Source of the DNA: Candidatus Omnitrophota bacterium
GTDB lineage: Bacteria > Omnitrophota > Gorgyraeia > JAFGHF01
Reading direction: 5' to 3'
Length of the DNA: 64,000 bases
Assembly (NCBI GenBank): GCA_016939375.1
Contig: JAFGHF010000072.1
Span: 229-64,228 of the forward strand
In this document: positions 37,846 to 47,248 of the stretch, piece after piece
How positions within the stretch are numbered: position 1 is the stretch's first letter
Layout: every line of letters begins with the position of its first letter
Program-made: the position numbers and the translations under genes
The notes under the pieces: generated by a model
Database searches by the model: none
What the model was told of the DNA's origin: nothing
What the model saw: only the letters and a program-made list of their open reading frames with translations

Positions 37846-39992
37846 AATATCTTCTCTAAAGCCTGAGAAAGTAAATCTCTGTCTTCGACTTTCTGCTTCG
37901 CGGGTCTATTCTTCCATATCCGTTCAATTTCCGAGTTTATATCTTCCGGCTGGACAATTTGTACCAGCCCCTTTTGTTGCAAGTTTTCCAAAAACCGCTC
38001 CTGCTTAGTCGTCTTTTTTACTTTTTTCTGCGGCATAAAAACCAATACATATTTTTCCGCGCTGATTGCCTCCGATACCATGGAAGTGCTCTCTCCGGAT
38101 ACCAAGACAATATCGCTTAATCCCAGAATCCCTCCCAAGGCCTCGGGATAATTTTTTTCGTTAGCTATGACCAGCAACTTGCAGCCGAAGTAATTTGCCA
38201 GATTGTCTTTAACGAGTTTCTCGATATCTTTTTTGGTCCTCCTTGATGTAGTTACCAAAATCTGAGCGTTTATATTTTGGGCCGAGATCTTTAACTGGGA
38301 AACAATTTTTTCTACTTCCTTGACGCCCATAGCATAGGTGGGCGTATCCCCCCCGATTAAAAAAGCCACATTTGGTCCGGCTATCGGAATTCTCGCATCC
38401 CCAAGGCTAAATCTCTTTTTTAGGCTCTCCACCTGCTCATCTACATATTGGCGATCGATCAAATTGGGGGTTATCAAAGTCGAAAAGACGTTTTTTCCGG
38501 GTTTTACCTTGTCATGTTCTGGCACAATGACCAAATCGAACTTTTTAAACCCGGGAATAGCCGGACGCATAAGATGGATCCTGCGAGAATTATTCCGATA
38601 TGAAAGGATTAGATTTACCGCGGATAAAGAAGACCCCGCGGATACAATTATATCTCCGCGAGTCTCGAGAAGCTCCCTGCAGCTTTTGCCGTTTAAGCAA
38701 AAACGCAAGCAACCCATGCAGTTTCTGCAGGCAGAGCCGGAAAAAAAGGAACATAACGTCAATAGCCAACGCAAGGGAAAGCTTTTATATGAAACATCTA
38801 CGATCTTTGTACGCACCTCTCCAAAACTTTTACCCTCTTTGGAAATTATGGATTCTATAATCCTTGCTATTGCCTTTGATTGATTGAGGTGGCCGGCTTT
38901 GCCATCGTTTAAGACCAAAATATTGTAATAATAGCTCTTCTTTGTGCCCTTTTGGACATAATTATAAAAGCTATCTTCTCCTTTTATAAACCTAAATGAG
39001 ACTCCCAGGGCTATTACCTTTAACCACACCCTTTGCGATTTTAAAAGCGGAAGGAGTTTGGGCACATCCTTTTCGGTTGTCAACAAAAGCTCAATTTTTT
39101 GCTGTAGGCATTTTTTTTCTATATCCTCTAGGTCTGCCCTTGTGTATAAATGGTGGTCGGGAAAAAAGAATGTCAGGCCAGGCGTAATCCCCATTCTCTC
39201 TAAAGTCTTTTCCAGGGACTGAGGGTTGCCAATACTTGCTAAAACGGCAATGCCTTGTTTTTTTATCCCGGAGAGCTCATGGTTTTGATTAGTCAAAATA
39301 TCGCGTAGGTAGCAAGGGCTATGCTCGGCTTCAAAAATAGGCGCTTGACAATTGTAGGTACGTAGCGTCTTTTTGAGGCCCTCTATATTCCCTCTTGCCG
39401 CATCCGCATGCGTTAAAACAAAAACATCTGCGCGGCTTAGTGAGGATAAAGGCTCCCTAAGCATGCCTCTGGGGATCAGCCTTTTATTGCCCAAACCGGA
39501 AATGCAGTCTATTAAGACAATGTCCAGGTCGCGCCCCAGGCGCCAATGTTGAAATCCGTCATCCAATATCAAGACATCTACGCCGTAATGTTTTTGCGCT
39601 TCCTGAGCACTCTTTAGTCTGTTTTTGCCGGTTATGACTGGGGCTTCCTTGAGTTTACTTCTGAGCATTTCTACTTCGTCTTGGCCATACCCGCGAATCA
39701 ACACACCCGGATTGCTGCCCTGGAGTTTGAAATATTCTGCCAAGGCCAACACCAATGGCGTTTTCCCGGTACCCCCCCAGGTAATATTGCCGACACTGAC
39801 CACACGGCACTTTTGTCTCTGACAGGGCAAGATTTTTAAACGGTATAACAACAAAGTCAATCTAACAAATATCGAGTAGATAAAAGAAAGTATCGACAGA
39901 AAAAAGGAAAAAAATGAAGACAATACCCCTTTTTCCTTGCCTTGCACAAGACTGATATAATATCTCCTTAGCGTTAGGCCTATTCTTCCCAC
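37842..39992 (-). CDS. lpxK: Tetraacyldisaccharide 4'-kinase fused to an ELM1/GtrOC1-like domain
   Basis: SVGNITWGGTGKTP, LDDGFQH, P.G.LREP, FPDHH, TTEKD; then DGKAGHLNQ, FDLVIVPEHD, LIGG, TTSRRT, ES.SMVSEA. Confidence 0.88.
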   Translation of the reverse strand: MGRIGLTLRRYYISLVQGKEKGVLSSFFSFFLSILSFIYSIFVRLTLLLYRLKILPCQRQKCRVVSVGNITWGGTGKTPLVLALAEYFKLQGSNPGVLIRGYGQDEVEMLRSKLKEAPVITGKNRLKSAQEAQKHYGVDVLILDDGFQHWRLGRDLDIVLIDCISGLGNKRLIPRGMLREPLSSLSRADVFVLTHADAARGNIEGLKKTLRTYNCQAPIFEAEHSPCYLRDILTNQNHELSGIKKQGIAVLASIGNPQSLEKTLERMGITPGLTFFFPDHHLYTRADLEDIEKKCLQQKIELLLTTEKDVPKLLPLLKSQRVWLKVIALGVSFRFIKGEDSFYNYVQKGTKKSYYYNILVLNDGKAGHLNQSKAIARIIESIISKEGKSFGEVRTKIVDVSYKSFPLRWLLTLCSFFSGSACRNCMGCLRFCLNGKSCRELLETRGDIIVSAGSSLSAVNLILSYRNNSRRIHLMRPAIPGFKKFDLVIVPEHDKVKPGKNVFSTLITPNLIDRQYVDEQVESLKKRFSLGDARIPIAGPNVAFLIGGDTPTYAMGVKEVEKIVSQLKISAQNINAQILVTTSRRTKKDIEKLVKDNLANYFGCKLLVIANEKNYPEALGGILGLSDIVLVSGESTSMVSEAISAEKYVLVFMPQKKVKKTTKQERFLENLQQKGLVQIVQPEDINSEIERIWKNRPAKQKVEDRDLLSQALEKIL

Positions 39993-39994
39993 CG

Positions 39995-41161
39995 TTATAT
40001 CTCACCGGCCTTATAAAGGCTGAATTTAGTGCAAATCGGGCCCAATATTTCGTAAAACACGGTCGTAGCCACTATTGTGCTAAAAATGACATCGCCTAAT
40101 TCCGGGAATTCTGCCTTGGCTACTAAAGCTACGCCCAAAGCCACGCCTGCCTGGGGCATAAGCGCCAGGCCCATGAATTTTTTCATCCTTGTCGGTAAAC
40201 CGGCTATCACTCCGGCCAAATATGCTCCTAGTGCCTTTCCAATTGAGCGGAATAAAATGTAAAATAACCCCAGCAGGCCTAATGTCTTAAGCAGCGGCAC
40301 CTGCAGATTAGCTCCCGCTAATACAAAAAACAGAAGGTAGAGCGGTGAGTCGATATGCCGTAATGAATCAAAAAATTTAAAACTTACATCATGCATGTTT
40401 ACTAAGACCGCGGCAAGAAACATATTTGCCAATAACACCGAGAAGTTGAAATAAATAGAAATCCCTGTATTAAGGAAAATGAAACCTAGCGTGTAAATCA
40501 GCAGGTCCGATGGGGTATTGACAAAGCGGGAGAGGAAGGACAATATCAGCGCTAAGCTGCCTCCTAAAAGAAAGGCGAGCAGGATCTCCAGTATAGAGCG
40601 AGTTACCGCCTTGCACAGGAAAACGTTGCTGGGTTCATGAAAGGCGAAAGATTTGGCCACCGCAAAAGAGACGGCGAATATAATCAGACACCAAGCGTCG
40701 TCAATGGCCACCACACCCAGAAGCGTGTCGGTGAAAGAGCCCCGGGCCTTATACTCCTTGACTACCATCATGGTCGCCGCGGGTGCTGTTGCCGATGAGA
40801 TCGCTCCGAATAGCAAGGCTATAAAAAACGGCTGGGAGCCAAAAGTCACCAGTCCCACGGTTACCAAAATCCATGGGGTCAAGGCCGCCAATATTGAAAT
40901 CCAGATAATCGGGCTGCCGATTTTTTTAAACCTGCTTAGCGAAAAGTTCTGTCCGATACTAAAAGCGATAAGGCCTAAGACCATATTGGAGATCAGGCCG
41001 GAAGCGTTTATAATAGATTCGCTTACCAGATTGAAAGCCGAAGGACCTATGACCACGCCCAAAATCAGGTAAGCAGTGACTACCGGGGCCTTTAGTCGAC
41101 GGATTAGTTTTCCCGCAAAAAGGCCGGCTAGGAGAATAAAGCCCAAACTCAATATTGTCAC
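39995..41161 (-). CDS. Cation:proton antiporter (CPA2/Kef-like)
   Basis: Multi-pass membrane protein; ATAPAAT, VVAIDD, FFVLAGA, PQAGVALG. Confidence 0.85.
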   Translation of the reverse strand: MTILSLGFILLAGLFAGKLIRRLKAPVVTAYLILGVVIGPSAFNLVSESIINASGLISNMVLGLIAFSIGQNFSLSRFKKIGSPIIWISILAALTPWILVTVGLVTFGSQPFFIALLFGAISSATAPAATMMVVKEYKARGSFTDTLLGVVAIDDAWCLIIFAVSFAVAKSFAFHEPSNVFLCKAVTRSILEILLAFLLGGSLALILSFLSRFVNTPSDLLIYTLGFIFLNTGISIYFNFSVLLANMFLAAVLVNMHDVSFKFFDSLRHIDSPLYLLFFVLAGANLQVPLLKTLGLLGLFYILFRSIGKALGAYLAGVIAGLPTRMKKFMGLALMPQAGVALGVALVAKAEFPELGDVIFSTIVATTVFYEILGPICTKFSLYKAGEI

Positions 41162-41637
41162 TGGATAACCCCTCTTTCACGGAAGACAGCCAAGATAATA
41201 TCAAAGACACTGATTATTCCTACAAGCTTGCCTTCCTCAACTACAGGAAGGTGGGATGTGCTGTGTAATTTCATTTGTGAGCGCGCCTGATTGATATCTT
41301 TTTCCGGGTCGATGGTGGCAAAATGTGTATTGACTATGTCATCGACCACAACCAAAATCCCTATTTCGCTGGATATATCCGTTGATAAGAAATCTTCTTC
41401 CCTGTTGTCCATCTCTAAAAAAGGGATGGTCCTGAGCATTTGAGCCAATTCAGTGCTATAGGGCTGGAAGACCTTTAGGACGTCCTCGAAATTTACTATG
41501 CCCACTAAAGAGCCGTCATTCTCGATTACGGGAAGGGTGTGAAAATTATACTTTTGAAAGGTTGCGATCAGCTGGCTTAAGGTGGTCGAGCGTTTTACCG
41601 CCACCACTTTTTTGGTCATGCAATCTCTCACCTTCAT
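41158..41637 (-). CDS. CBS-pair protein
   Basis: KVRDCMT, LPV.....LVGIV and LPVV..GKLVGIIS..DI; start moved to ATG 41637. Confidence 0.85.
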   Translation of the reverse strand: MKVRDCMTKKVVAVKRSTTLSQLIATFQKYNFHTLPVIENDGSLVGIVNFEDVLKVFQPYSTELAQMLRTIPFLEMDNREEDFLSTDISSEIGILVVVDDIVNTHFATIDPEKDINQARSQMKLHSTSHLPVVEEGKLVGIISVFDIILAVFRERGVIQ

Positions 41638-42901
41638 TAACAACCCCCTTTATTAATTCGCTGTTTCTGAGAGTAGCGCCTCTGTTGGTCGTGACCAACT
41701 TTCGGGCCAGAGTTCCCAGATTTTTTGAAAATTCCGGTTCTGACAAAAGCCTGTCGCAGATTTGCCCTAGCTCTGCAGCTTCTTTTATCATTACTGCTGC
41801 CTTATGATTTAAAAAGATGCTGGCAATATTGGAAAAATTAAACATGTGCGGTCCGAAAATTATCGCTTTGCCATGTATTGCGGGCTCGATGGGGTTTTGG
41901 CCGCCGTGTGCGATGAGGCTCCCGCCGATAAATACAAAATCCGCCAGGGCATACAAGGCTTTTAATTGGCCTATTGTATCTAGAACAAGAATCCGCCGTT
42001 GGTGGTTTGTGGTTCGTGGTTCGTCTTTTATTTGGCTGACTCTTTGGGGCTTAAAGCCAAATCTAAAGATCAAATTTTCTATCTCCTTCGTTCGTTCAAT
42101 ATGTCTGGGGGCGAGCAACAATCTCAAATTTGCATGTTTTTTCAATAATTTTTTATAGGCGTTTAGGATCATCTCCTCTTCGCCGCGATGCGTGCTCCCT
42201 GCGACAAAAAGTTTCTCTCCCGCATCCAATCCTAAAGCTGATGGCTGATAGCTGACAGCTGACAGCTCCAAATCAAACTTCATGTTTCCCGTAACCCTGA
42301 CTTTGCTCGCTTCTGCCCCCAATTCAACGATTCTTTTTGCGTCATCTTCTGTCTGCATGCAGAATAAACTGAGCTTACGTAAGGTAGATCTAATAAAGCC
42401 GGATATAAGCTTATAGCCCTTAAATGAACGCGTTGAAATCCTCCCGTTCACCAGGATTATGGGGATTTCACGCTTATTAAGCTGGCTGATCAAGTTTGGC
42501 CAGATTTCAGTCTCAGTGATGATGTACATGCTTGGTCTTACGATGGAAATTATCTTTTTGATCACAAAATCGATGTCTAAAGGAGAATAGATGACGGCAT
42601 CGTCGCCCTCGGCCAGCTTATTGACTATTTTGTTGCCGGTCTGTGTAACTGTGGAAAAGACTATCCTGCGTTCGGGAAACTCATGCCGCAATTTTTTCAC
42701 TAAACCGGCAGCAGCGGCAGCCTCGCCAACGCTTACTGTGTGCAACCAAATAGTTTTTTTTCCTTGTAATCTATTTAACGTCTTCTCGGGAAATAGCCCC
42801 AGACGCATTAGAAATCCTTTATGCCACTTTCCCCGCAGCAAAAAAACGGGAAAATAGAAAAAGAAAAATAAAACATACAGGGAACTATAAATCAATCGCA
42901 T
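41546..42901 (-). CDS. waaA: KDO transferase, with two repeat-derived insertions
   Basis: WLH.VSVGE, ETEIWPN, GNMKFD, AGSTH.GEE, APRH.ER, GG.NPIEP, GP.MFNF. Confidence 0.95.
   Translation of the reverse strand: MRLIYSSLYVLFFFFYFPVFLLRGKWHKGFLMRLGLFPEKTLNRLQGKKTIWLHTVSVGEAAAAAGLVKKLRHEFPERRIVFSTVTQTGNKIVNKLAEGDDAVIYSPLDIDFVIKKIISIVRPSMYIITETEIWPNLISQLNKREIPIILVNGRISTRSFKGYKLISGFIRSTLRKLSLFCMQTEDDAKRIVELGAEASKVRVTGNMKFDLELSAVSYQPSALGLDAGEKLFVAGSTHRGEEEMILNAYKKLLKKHANLRLLLAPRHIERTKEIENLIFRFGFKPQRVSQIKDEPRTTNHQRRILVLDTIGQLKALYALADFVFIGGSLIAHGGQNPIEPAIHGKAIIFGPHMFNFSNIASIFLNHKAAVMIKEAAELGQICDRLLSEPEFSKNLGTLARKLVTTNRGATLRNSELIKGVVNEGERLHDQKSGGGKTLDHLKPADRNLSKV
41999..42026. repeat. TTCGTGG-type heptamer array, in frame within waaA
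   Basis: ttggtgg tttgtgg ttcgtgg ttcgtct; encodes DEPRTTNHQ. Confidence 0.8.
42237..42267. repeat. GCTGATA-type heptamer array, in frame within waaA
   Basis: gctgatg gctgata gctgaca gctgaca gct; encodes LSAVSYQPSA after NMKFD. Confidence 0.85.
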
Positions 42902-42930
42902 AGACCGACCGCACCTCTACATCAGCCGTT

Positions 42931-43800
42931 TTAGGCCCTGGGGTGAGCTTTATTATAAACTGATTTTAAGTGTTCTGTAGTTATATGGGTATAAATCTGA
43001 GTAGTAGAAAGGCTTGCGTGTCCTAAGAGCTCCTGGACACTTCTTAAATCCGCTCCTTTATCCAATAAATGCGTGGCAAAGGAATGCCTGAGGGTGTGAG
43101 GAGATACTTTCTCTTTCAAAGACGCTATCCGGATATATTTAGAGATCAAGTTCTGGACCCCGCGGTCAGTAAGCCTGCGCTTGTTTTTATTTAAAAACAA
43201 GGCCCTGCTGTCCTTTTTGGGCTCTGGTTCTTTCTCCAGATAATCCCTTATTGCCCTGAGAGCCCTATCTCCTATTGGCACCAATCGTTCTTTTCTGCCT
43301 TTTCCATACACCCTGACCATACCAGAAATAAAATCTACCTTTCCTATGCTTAAACCCACCAATTCGCTCACGCGCATGCCTGTGCTGTATAAAGCTTCGA
43401 GTATCGCCCGGTCCCTCAATCCCAAGGCGGTCTTTTTATCCGGGGCTTCGATAAGAGTGGCTACCTTTTCTACGTCTAAAAAAATGGGCAGTTTTTTATC
43501 CATTTTTGGGGAAGAAACGCCTGTTACCGGATTATATTTCAGATGACCTTCGCGTACCAAAAACTTAAAAAAGGAACGATATGTAGAAAGTTTTCTGGCA
43601 ACCGTACGCTTTTGTATATTCCTGCTTTTCAAATCGGCCAGATATTTACGTATGTCCAAACGGTCAATTTTTAAGGCATCTTTATCTTTTAAAAAAGTAA
43701 ACAACTGTTGTAGGTCGATACGGTAATTAAGCAAAGTATGGGGCGAGACATTTTTTTCTATCTCCAGATACGTAAAAAATTTCTCGGTATACCTGTTCAT
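42931..43800 (-). CDS. xerC: Chromosome dimer resolvase, tyrosine recombinase
   Basis: LYSTGMRVSEL, GKG.KER, HTLRHSFATH, LGH, TTQIYT; dprA-topA-xerC synteny; start moved to ATG 43800. Confidence 0.88.
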   Translation of the reverse strand: MNRYTEKFFTYLEIEKNVSPHTLLNYRIDLQQLFTFLKDKDALKIDRLDIRKYLADLKSRNIQKRTVARKLSTYRSFFKFLVREGHLKYNPVTGVSSPKMDKKLPIFLDVEKVATLIEAPDKKTALGLRDRAILEALYSTGMRVSELVGLSIGKVDFISGMVRVYGKGRKERLVPIGDRALRAIRDYLEKEPEPKKDSRALFLNKNKRRLTDRGVQNLISKYIRIASLKEKVSPHTLRHSFATHLLDKGADLRSVQELLGHASLSTTQIYTHITTEHLKSVYNKAHPRA

Positions 43801-43801
43801 T

Positions 43802-45748
43802 TTAAGGCAGCTTATTGGTGATGTATTTGCATTTGGGATACTTTGAACAGCCATAAAACACCCGACCCCTGCGGGAGCGGCGCTCAACCAACCAGCCATC
43901 ACAATCTTTTTCCGGACAACGGACCTCGGTGGTAATACTGCGCGCGCTTTTACATTTGGGAAACCCCGAACAGCTTAAGAAACGTCCATGCCTTCCCCAT
44001 TTGATGACCATAGGCTTGCCACAGAGCTCACAGACTTCATTAGTGGGGATGACTTCTTTTTTGACTTTCTTTTGGGCCACCGAAAGCTCTTCGATAAAGG
44101 GGGCGTAAAACAGTTTTACGACTTCCACCCATTCTTGTTTGCCTTCCTCGACCTCATCCAGTTCCCCCTCAAGTTTAGCCGTGAATTCCACATCGACAAT
44201 CTTTGAAAAGAATTTGGTCAATAAATCGTTCACCGTAAAGCCTAGTTCCGTGGGAAAAAGATATCCTTTATCCCTGCGCACATAATCACGGGCGATTATA
44301 GTCTGCATAATGGGGGCGTATGTGCTTGGCCTGCCGATGCCTTTTTCCTCCAAGGCCTTGACTAAAGTAGCGTCTGAATATCGTGCCGGCGGTTGTGTAA
44401 AATGCTGCCCGGAATCCAGTTTTATCAAATCCAGCTCTTCCCCCTTGTGCACTTCGGGCATATATTGTTTTTCTTCGTCTTTTTTCGAATTTAGGGCTTT
44501 CAAGAACCCCGCAAACTTGATAGTTGAGCCTACTGTTTTAAACACAAATACCCCGGCATTGATTAAAATCGAGGTCACCGCATAAATGGCCGGCTTCATC
44601 TGGCTGGATAAAAATTTATCCCATATCAAGCTATATAACTTGTATTGGTCGGGGCTCAAATATTCTTTGAGAGTATCCGGGGCCCTGAGCGGTAAAGTGG
44701 GGCGAATTGCTTCGTGGGCTTCCTGCGCTGACTTCTTTGACTTATATTTTGGCGGCTTCGGAGGAAGATAATCATCTCCGTATTCAGCGCAGATATAGTC
44801 TCTGGCCGCTTTTTGGGCTACGGTCGAGACTCTCACCGAATCGGTACGCATATATGTGATAAGCCCCACACTCTCTTCTTTACCTATCTCCAAGCCCTCA
44901 TATAGCTGTTGGGCTATTCGCATGGTCCTGCTGGCGGAAAAATGTAATTGATTGAAGGCGTCTTGCTGAAGTTTGCTGGTCGTATGAGGAGCCTGGGGAT
45001 TGCGCCTTTTCTCCTTTCTCTGGATATCGGAGACAATAAACTTTTCCTTACCTGCCTGCATTAAAATTTTATCGGCTTGCTCTTTGGTCTTAATAGTCGG
45101 CTTTTTTGTGCCAATCTTATCGAGCTTAGCCAAAAACGTCTTTTCTTCATCCTGCTTCTTAAGCAGTGCCTCTATCTCCCAATATTCTTCGGGGACAAAA
45201 AGCCCTATTTCTCTTTCTCTCTCGACAATAATCCTCACCGCTACCGATTGGACTCTGCCGGCGGAGAGCCCCCGGCTGATCTTTCTCCACAAAAGCGGGC
45301 TTAGGCTATATCCGACTAACCTATCTAAGATTCTGCGGGCCTGCTGGGCTTCGACCTTATGGATATCTATCGACCCGGGATGGGCAAACGCCTCTTTTAC
45401 CGCCTGTTCAGTTATTTCATGTACAATAACTCTGAAAATTTTTGCCTTGGTGACCAAATTTTGTTTGATATGCCAGCAGATAGCCTCACCTTCTCTGTCC
45501 GGGTCGGCAGCCAAATAGACATTTTTCATCTTCTTGGCGTCTTTCTTGATCTGTGTAAGTATTTTTTTGCGTTCGGGGATAACCACGTAATCAGCAGTAA
45601 AACCGTTTTCAACATTTACGCCCATTTTAGTCTTGGGCAAATCCATAATATGGCCGCCTGATGCCTGGACCACGAAATCAGAACCCAAAAATTTATTGAT
45701 CGTCTTTGCCTTGGCTGGCGATTCGACTATAACTAATGATTTTGGCAT
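43802..45748 (-). CDS. topA: DNA topoisomerase I
   Basis: IVESPAKAK, DPDREGE, SAGRVQS, ITYMRTDS, two C4 zinc ribbons. Confidence 0.97.
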   Translation of the reverse strand: MPKSLVIVESPAKAKTINKFLGSDFVVQASGGHIMDLPKTKMGVNVENGFTADYVVIPERKKILTQIKKDAKKMKNVYLAADPDREGEAICWHIKQNLVTKAKIFRVIVHEITEQAVKEAFAHPGSIDIHKVEAQQARRILDRLVGYSLSPLLWRKISRGLSAGRVQSVAVRIIVEREREIGLFVPEEYWEIEALLKKQDEEKTFLAKLDKIGTKKPTIKTKEQADKILMQAGKEKFIVSDIQRKEKRRNPQAPHTTSKLQQDAFNQLHFSASRTMRIAQQLYEGLEIGKEESVGLITYMRTDSVRVSTVAQKAARDYICAEYGDDYLPPKPPKYKSKKSAQEAHEAIRPTLPLRAPDTLKEYLSPDQYKLYSLIWDKFLSSQMKPAIYAVTSILINAGVFVFKTVGSTIKFAGFLKALNSKKDEEKQYMPEVHKGEELDLIKLDSGQHFTQPPARYSDATLVKALEEKGIGRPSTYAPIMQTIIARDYVRRDKGYLFPTELGFTVNDLLTKFFSKIVDVEFTAKLEGELDEVEEGKQEWVEVVKLFYAPFIEELSVAQKKVKKEVIPTNEVCELCGKPMVIKWGRHGRFLSCSGFPKCKSARSITTEVRCPEKDCDGWLVERRSRRGRVFYGCSKYPKCKYITNKLP

Positions 45749-45756
45749 ATATGCTT

Positions 45757-45854
45757 TCCTTTTTTTGGTTTTTGAGTGTTGACGGCGTTTGAGCTATTAT
45801 TGGTACCGGTTTTCTTAAGGTCTAGAATGCCTGCACAAAACAGGTGCTCAAGGC
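45757..45854 (-). repeat. Dispersed ~100-bp element, full copy (A)
   Basis: 32-bp core (45775-45806) identical to 20217-20248; flanks align with scattered substitutions and indels. Confidence 0.92.
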
Positions 45855-45864
45855 CTTGGCTTGT

Positions 45865-46755
45865 TTATGTGCGTATAAATTGCTTTCCGGGAAGCTCCTT
45901 GATCAATCCCTTGTGTTCTAAGCGCAGCAGACAATTCAACAACTTACCATGCGAAAAGATTACCTTTTCCATAATATCGTCTATATATGATGGCTCTTTG
46001 GTTATATTGTCATAAATCTGTTTTTCTTCTTCTGAAAGGCCGGGTAAGGGCAATGCCTCTTGCTTTTTTACGTCCTGATAAATCCTCAAGGATTCTATTT
46101 CTTCTATTATATCTTCCACCGACTCTACCAACTTAGCTCCATCTTTGATTAAACTGTGCGTTCCTTGAGATGTAAGAGAGCCGATTTTCCCTGGGATAGC
46201 GAATACTTCCCTTCCCTGTTCCAGAGCAAAGTTGGCCGTAATAAGTGCCCCGCTTCTTTTGGCCGCCTCGATTACGACTATGCCTAAAGACATACCGCTG
46301 ATAATGCGGTTCCGCCGAGGAAAATTCTGTTTAAACGGAGGCGTTCCCAGAGGAAATTCTGAAATGACTGCGCCGTTGCGCGCAACATCCTCCGCCAGCT
46401 TGCTATTTTCAGGAGGGTAAATTACGTCGACGCCGCTGCCTAATACAGCTATAGTCCTGCCACCGGCCTTCAGCGCACCGCGATGAGCTGCACTGTCAAC
46501 CCCCCTGGCCAAGCCACTAACTATTGTAATGCCTTTCGCCGCTAGGTGAAAGGCCAGGTTTTCGGCATTATGTTGTCCGTAATAAGTTGCCCGCCGTGAT
46601 CCGACGACTGCAATAGCAATACTGTCTTCCTTGAGCAGAGAACCTTTTATATTAAGACTAGCTGGCGGATCGAATATGTATTTTAGGTTGATTGGATACT
46701 CTTCATCCGCAAAATTAAGGATTTTTATGGGGCTCTTTTTCTCTACAGTTTTCAT
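45865..46755 (-). CDS. dprA: DNA-processing protein DprA (short N-terminus)
   Basis: YP..LK.I.DPP, VGSR, SGLARGVD..AH, FPRRNRIISG, SGALITA, GREVFA.PG; C-terminal winged helix. Confidence 0.94.
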   Translation of the reverse strand: MKTVEKKSPIKILNFADEEYPINLKYIFDPPASLNIKGSLLKEDSIAIAVVGSRRATYYGQHNAENLAFHLAAKGITIVSGLARGVDSAAHRGALKAGGRTIAVLGSGVDVIYPPENSKLAEDVARNGAVISEFPLGTPPFKQNFPRRNRIISGMSLGIVVIEAAKRSGALITANFALEQGREVFAIPGKIGSLTSQGTHSLIKDGAKLVESVEDIIEEIESLRIYQDVKKQEALPLPGLSEEEKQIYDNITKEPSYIDDIMEKVIFSHGKLLNCLLRLEHKGLIKELPGKQFIRT

Positions 46756-47248
46756 CAACGCCTTGTTTGATTTTTTCAGCAACCTGTTCTATTGTCATTT
46801 CAGACGTATCAATGGTAAAGTCTGCTTTAGCGTAAAAGGGTGCCCTCTCTTGCAATAACGACTCTACCTTTTGCCTAGGGTCCTTCACGTTTAACAAGGG
46901 ACGGTGGCGGTATCTTTTGGTTCTCTCTAAAATGGTATTTACATCGGCGCTAAGACAGACTATCTTGCCGTTCCTTTTTAAATTCTGGATGTTCTCTTCA
47001 TCTAATACAACCCCTCCGCCAGCGTCAATTACAAACCTGTCCAGCTCCGAAACCTTTTTCACTATTTCCTTTTCTACACTACGAAAATACGGTTCGCCGT
47101 TTTTCTTAAATATATCATTAATCGAACGGCGTTCCTTATCTTCGATGACCTCGTCAGTAGAAATATATTTTATTCCCATCTCCTTGGCCAGGAGCCTGCC
47201 TACTGCGGTCTTTCCTGTGCCCATGAAACCGACTAATACTATATTCAT
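46715..47248 (-). CDS. aroK: Shikimate kinase
   Basis: GFMGTGKT, GE.YFR..E, GGG, RPLL, R...Y. Confidence 0.95.
   Translation of the reverse strand: MNIVLVGFMGTGKTAVGRLLAKEMGIKYISTDEVIEDKERRSINDIFKKNGEPYFRSVEKEIVKKVSELDRFVIDAGGGVVLDEENIQNLKRNGKIVCLSADVNTILERTKRYRHRPLLNVKDPRQKVESLLQERAPFYAKADFTIDTSEMTIEQVAEKIKQGVDENCREKEPHKNP

Noticed and set aside
42931-43800. Tyrosine recombinase as a phage or island integrase, or as mobiliser of the repeats
   Set aside because: Size, motifs and dprA-topA-xerC synteny fit housekeeping XerC; no att sites or cargo are visible.
45776-46015. 79-aa plus-strand ORF starting inside repeat copy A
   Set aside because: Its frame diverges from copy B after 10 codons and the rest is antisense to dprA.
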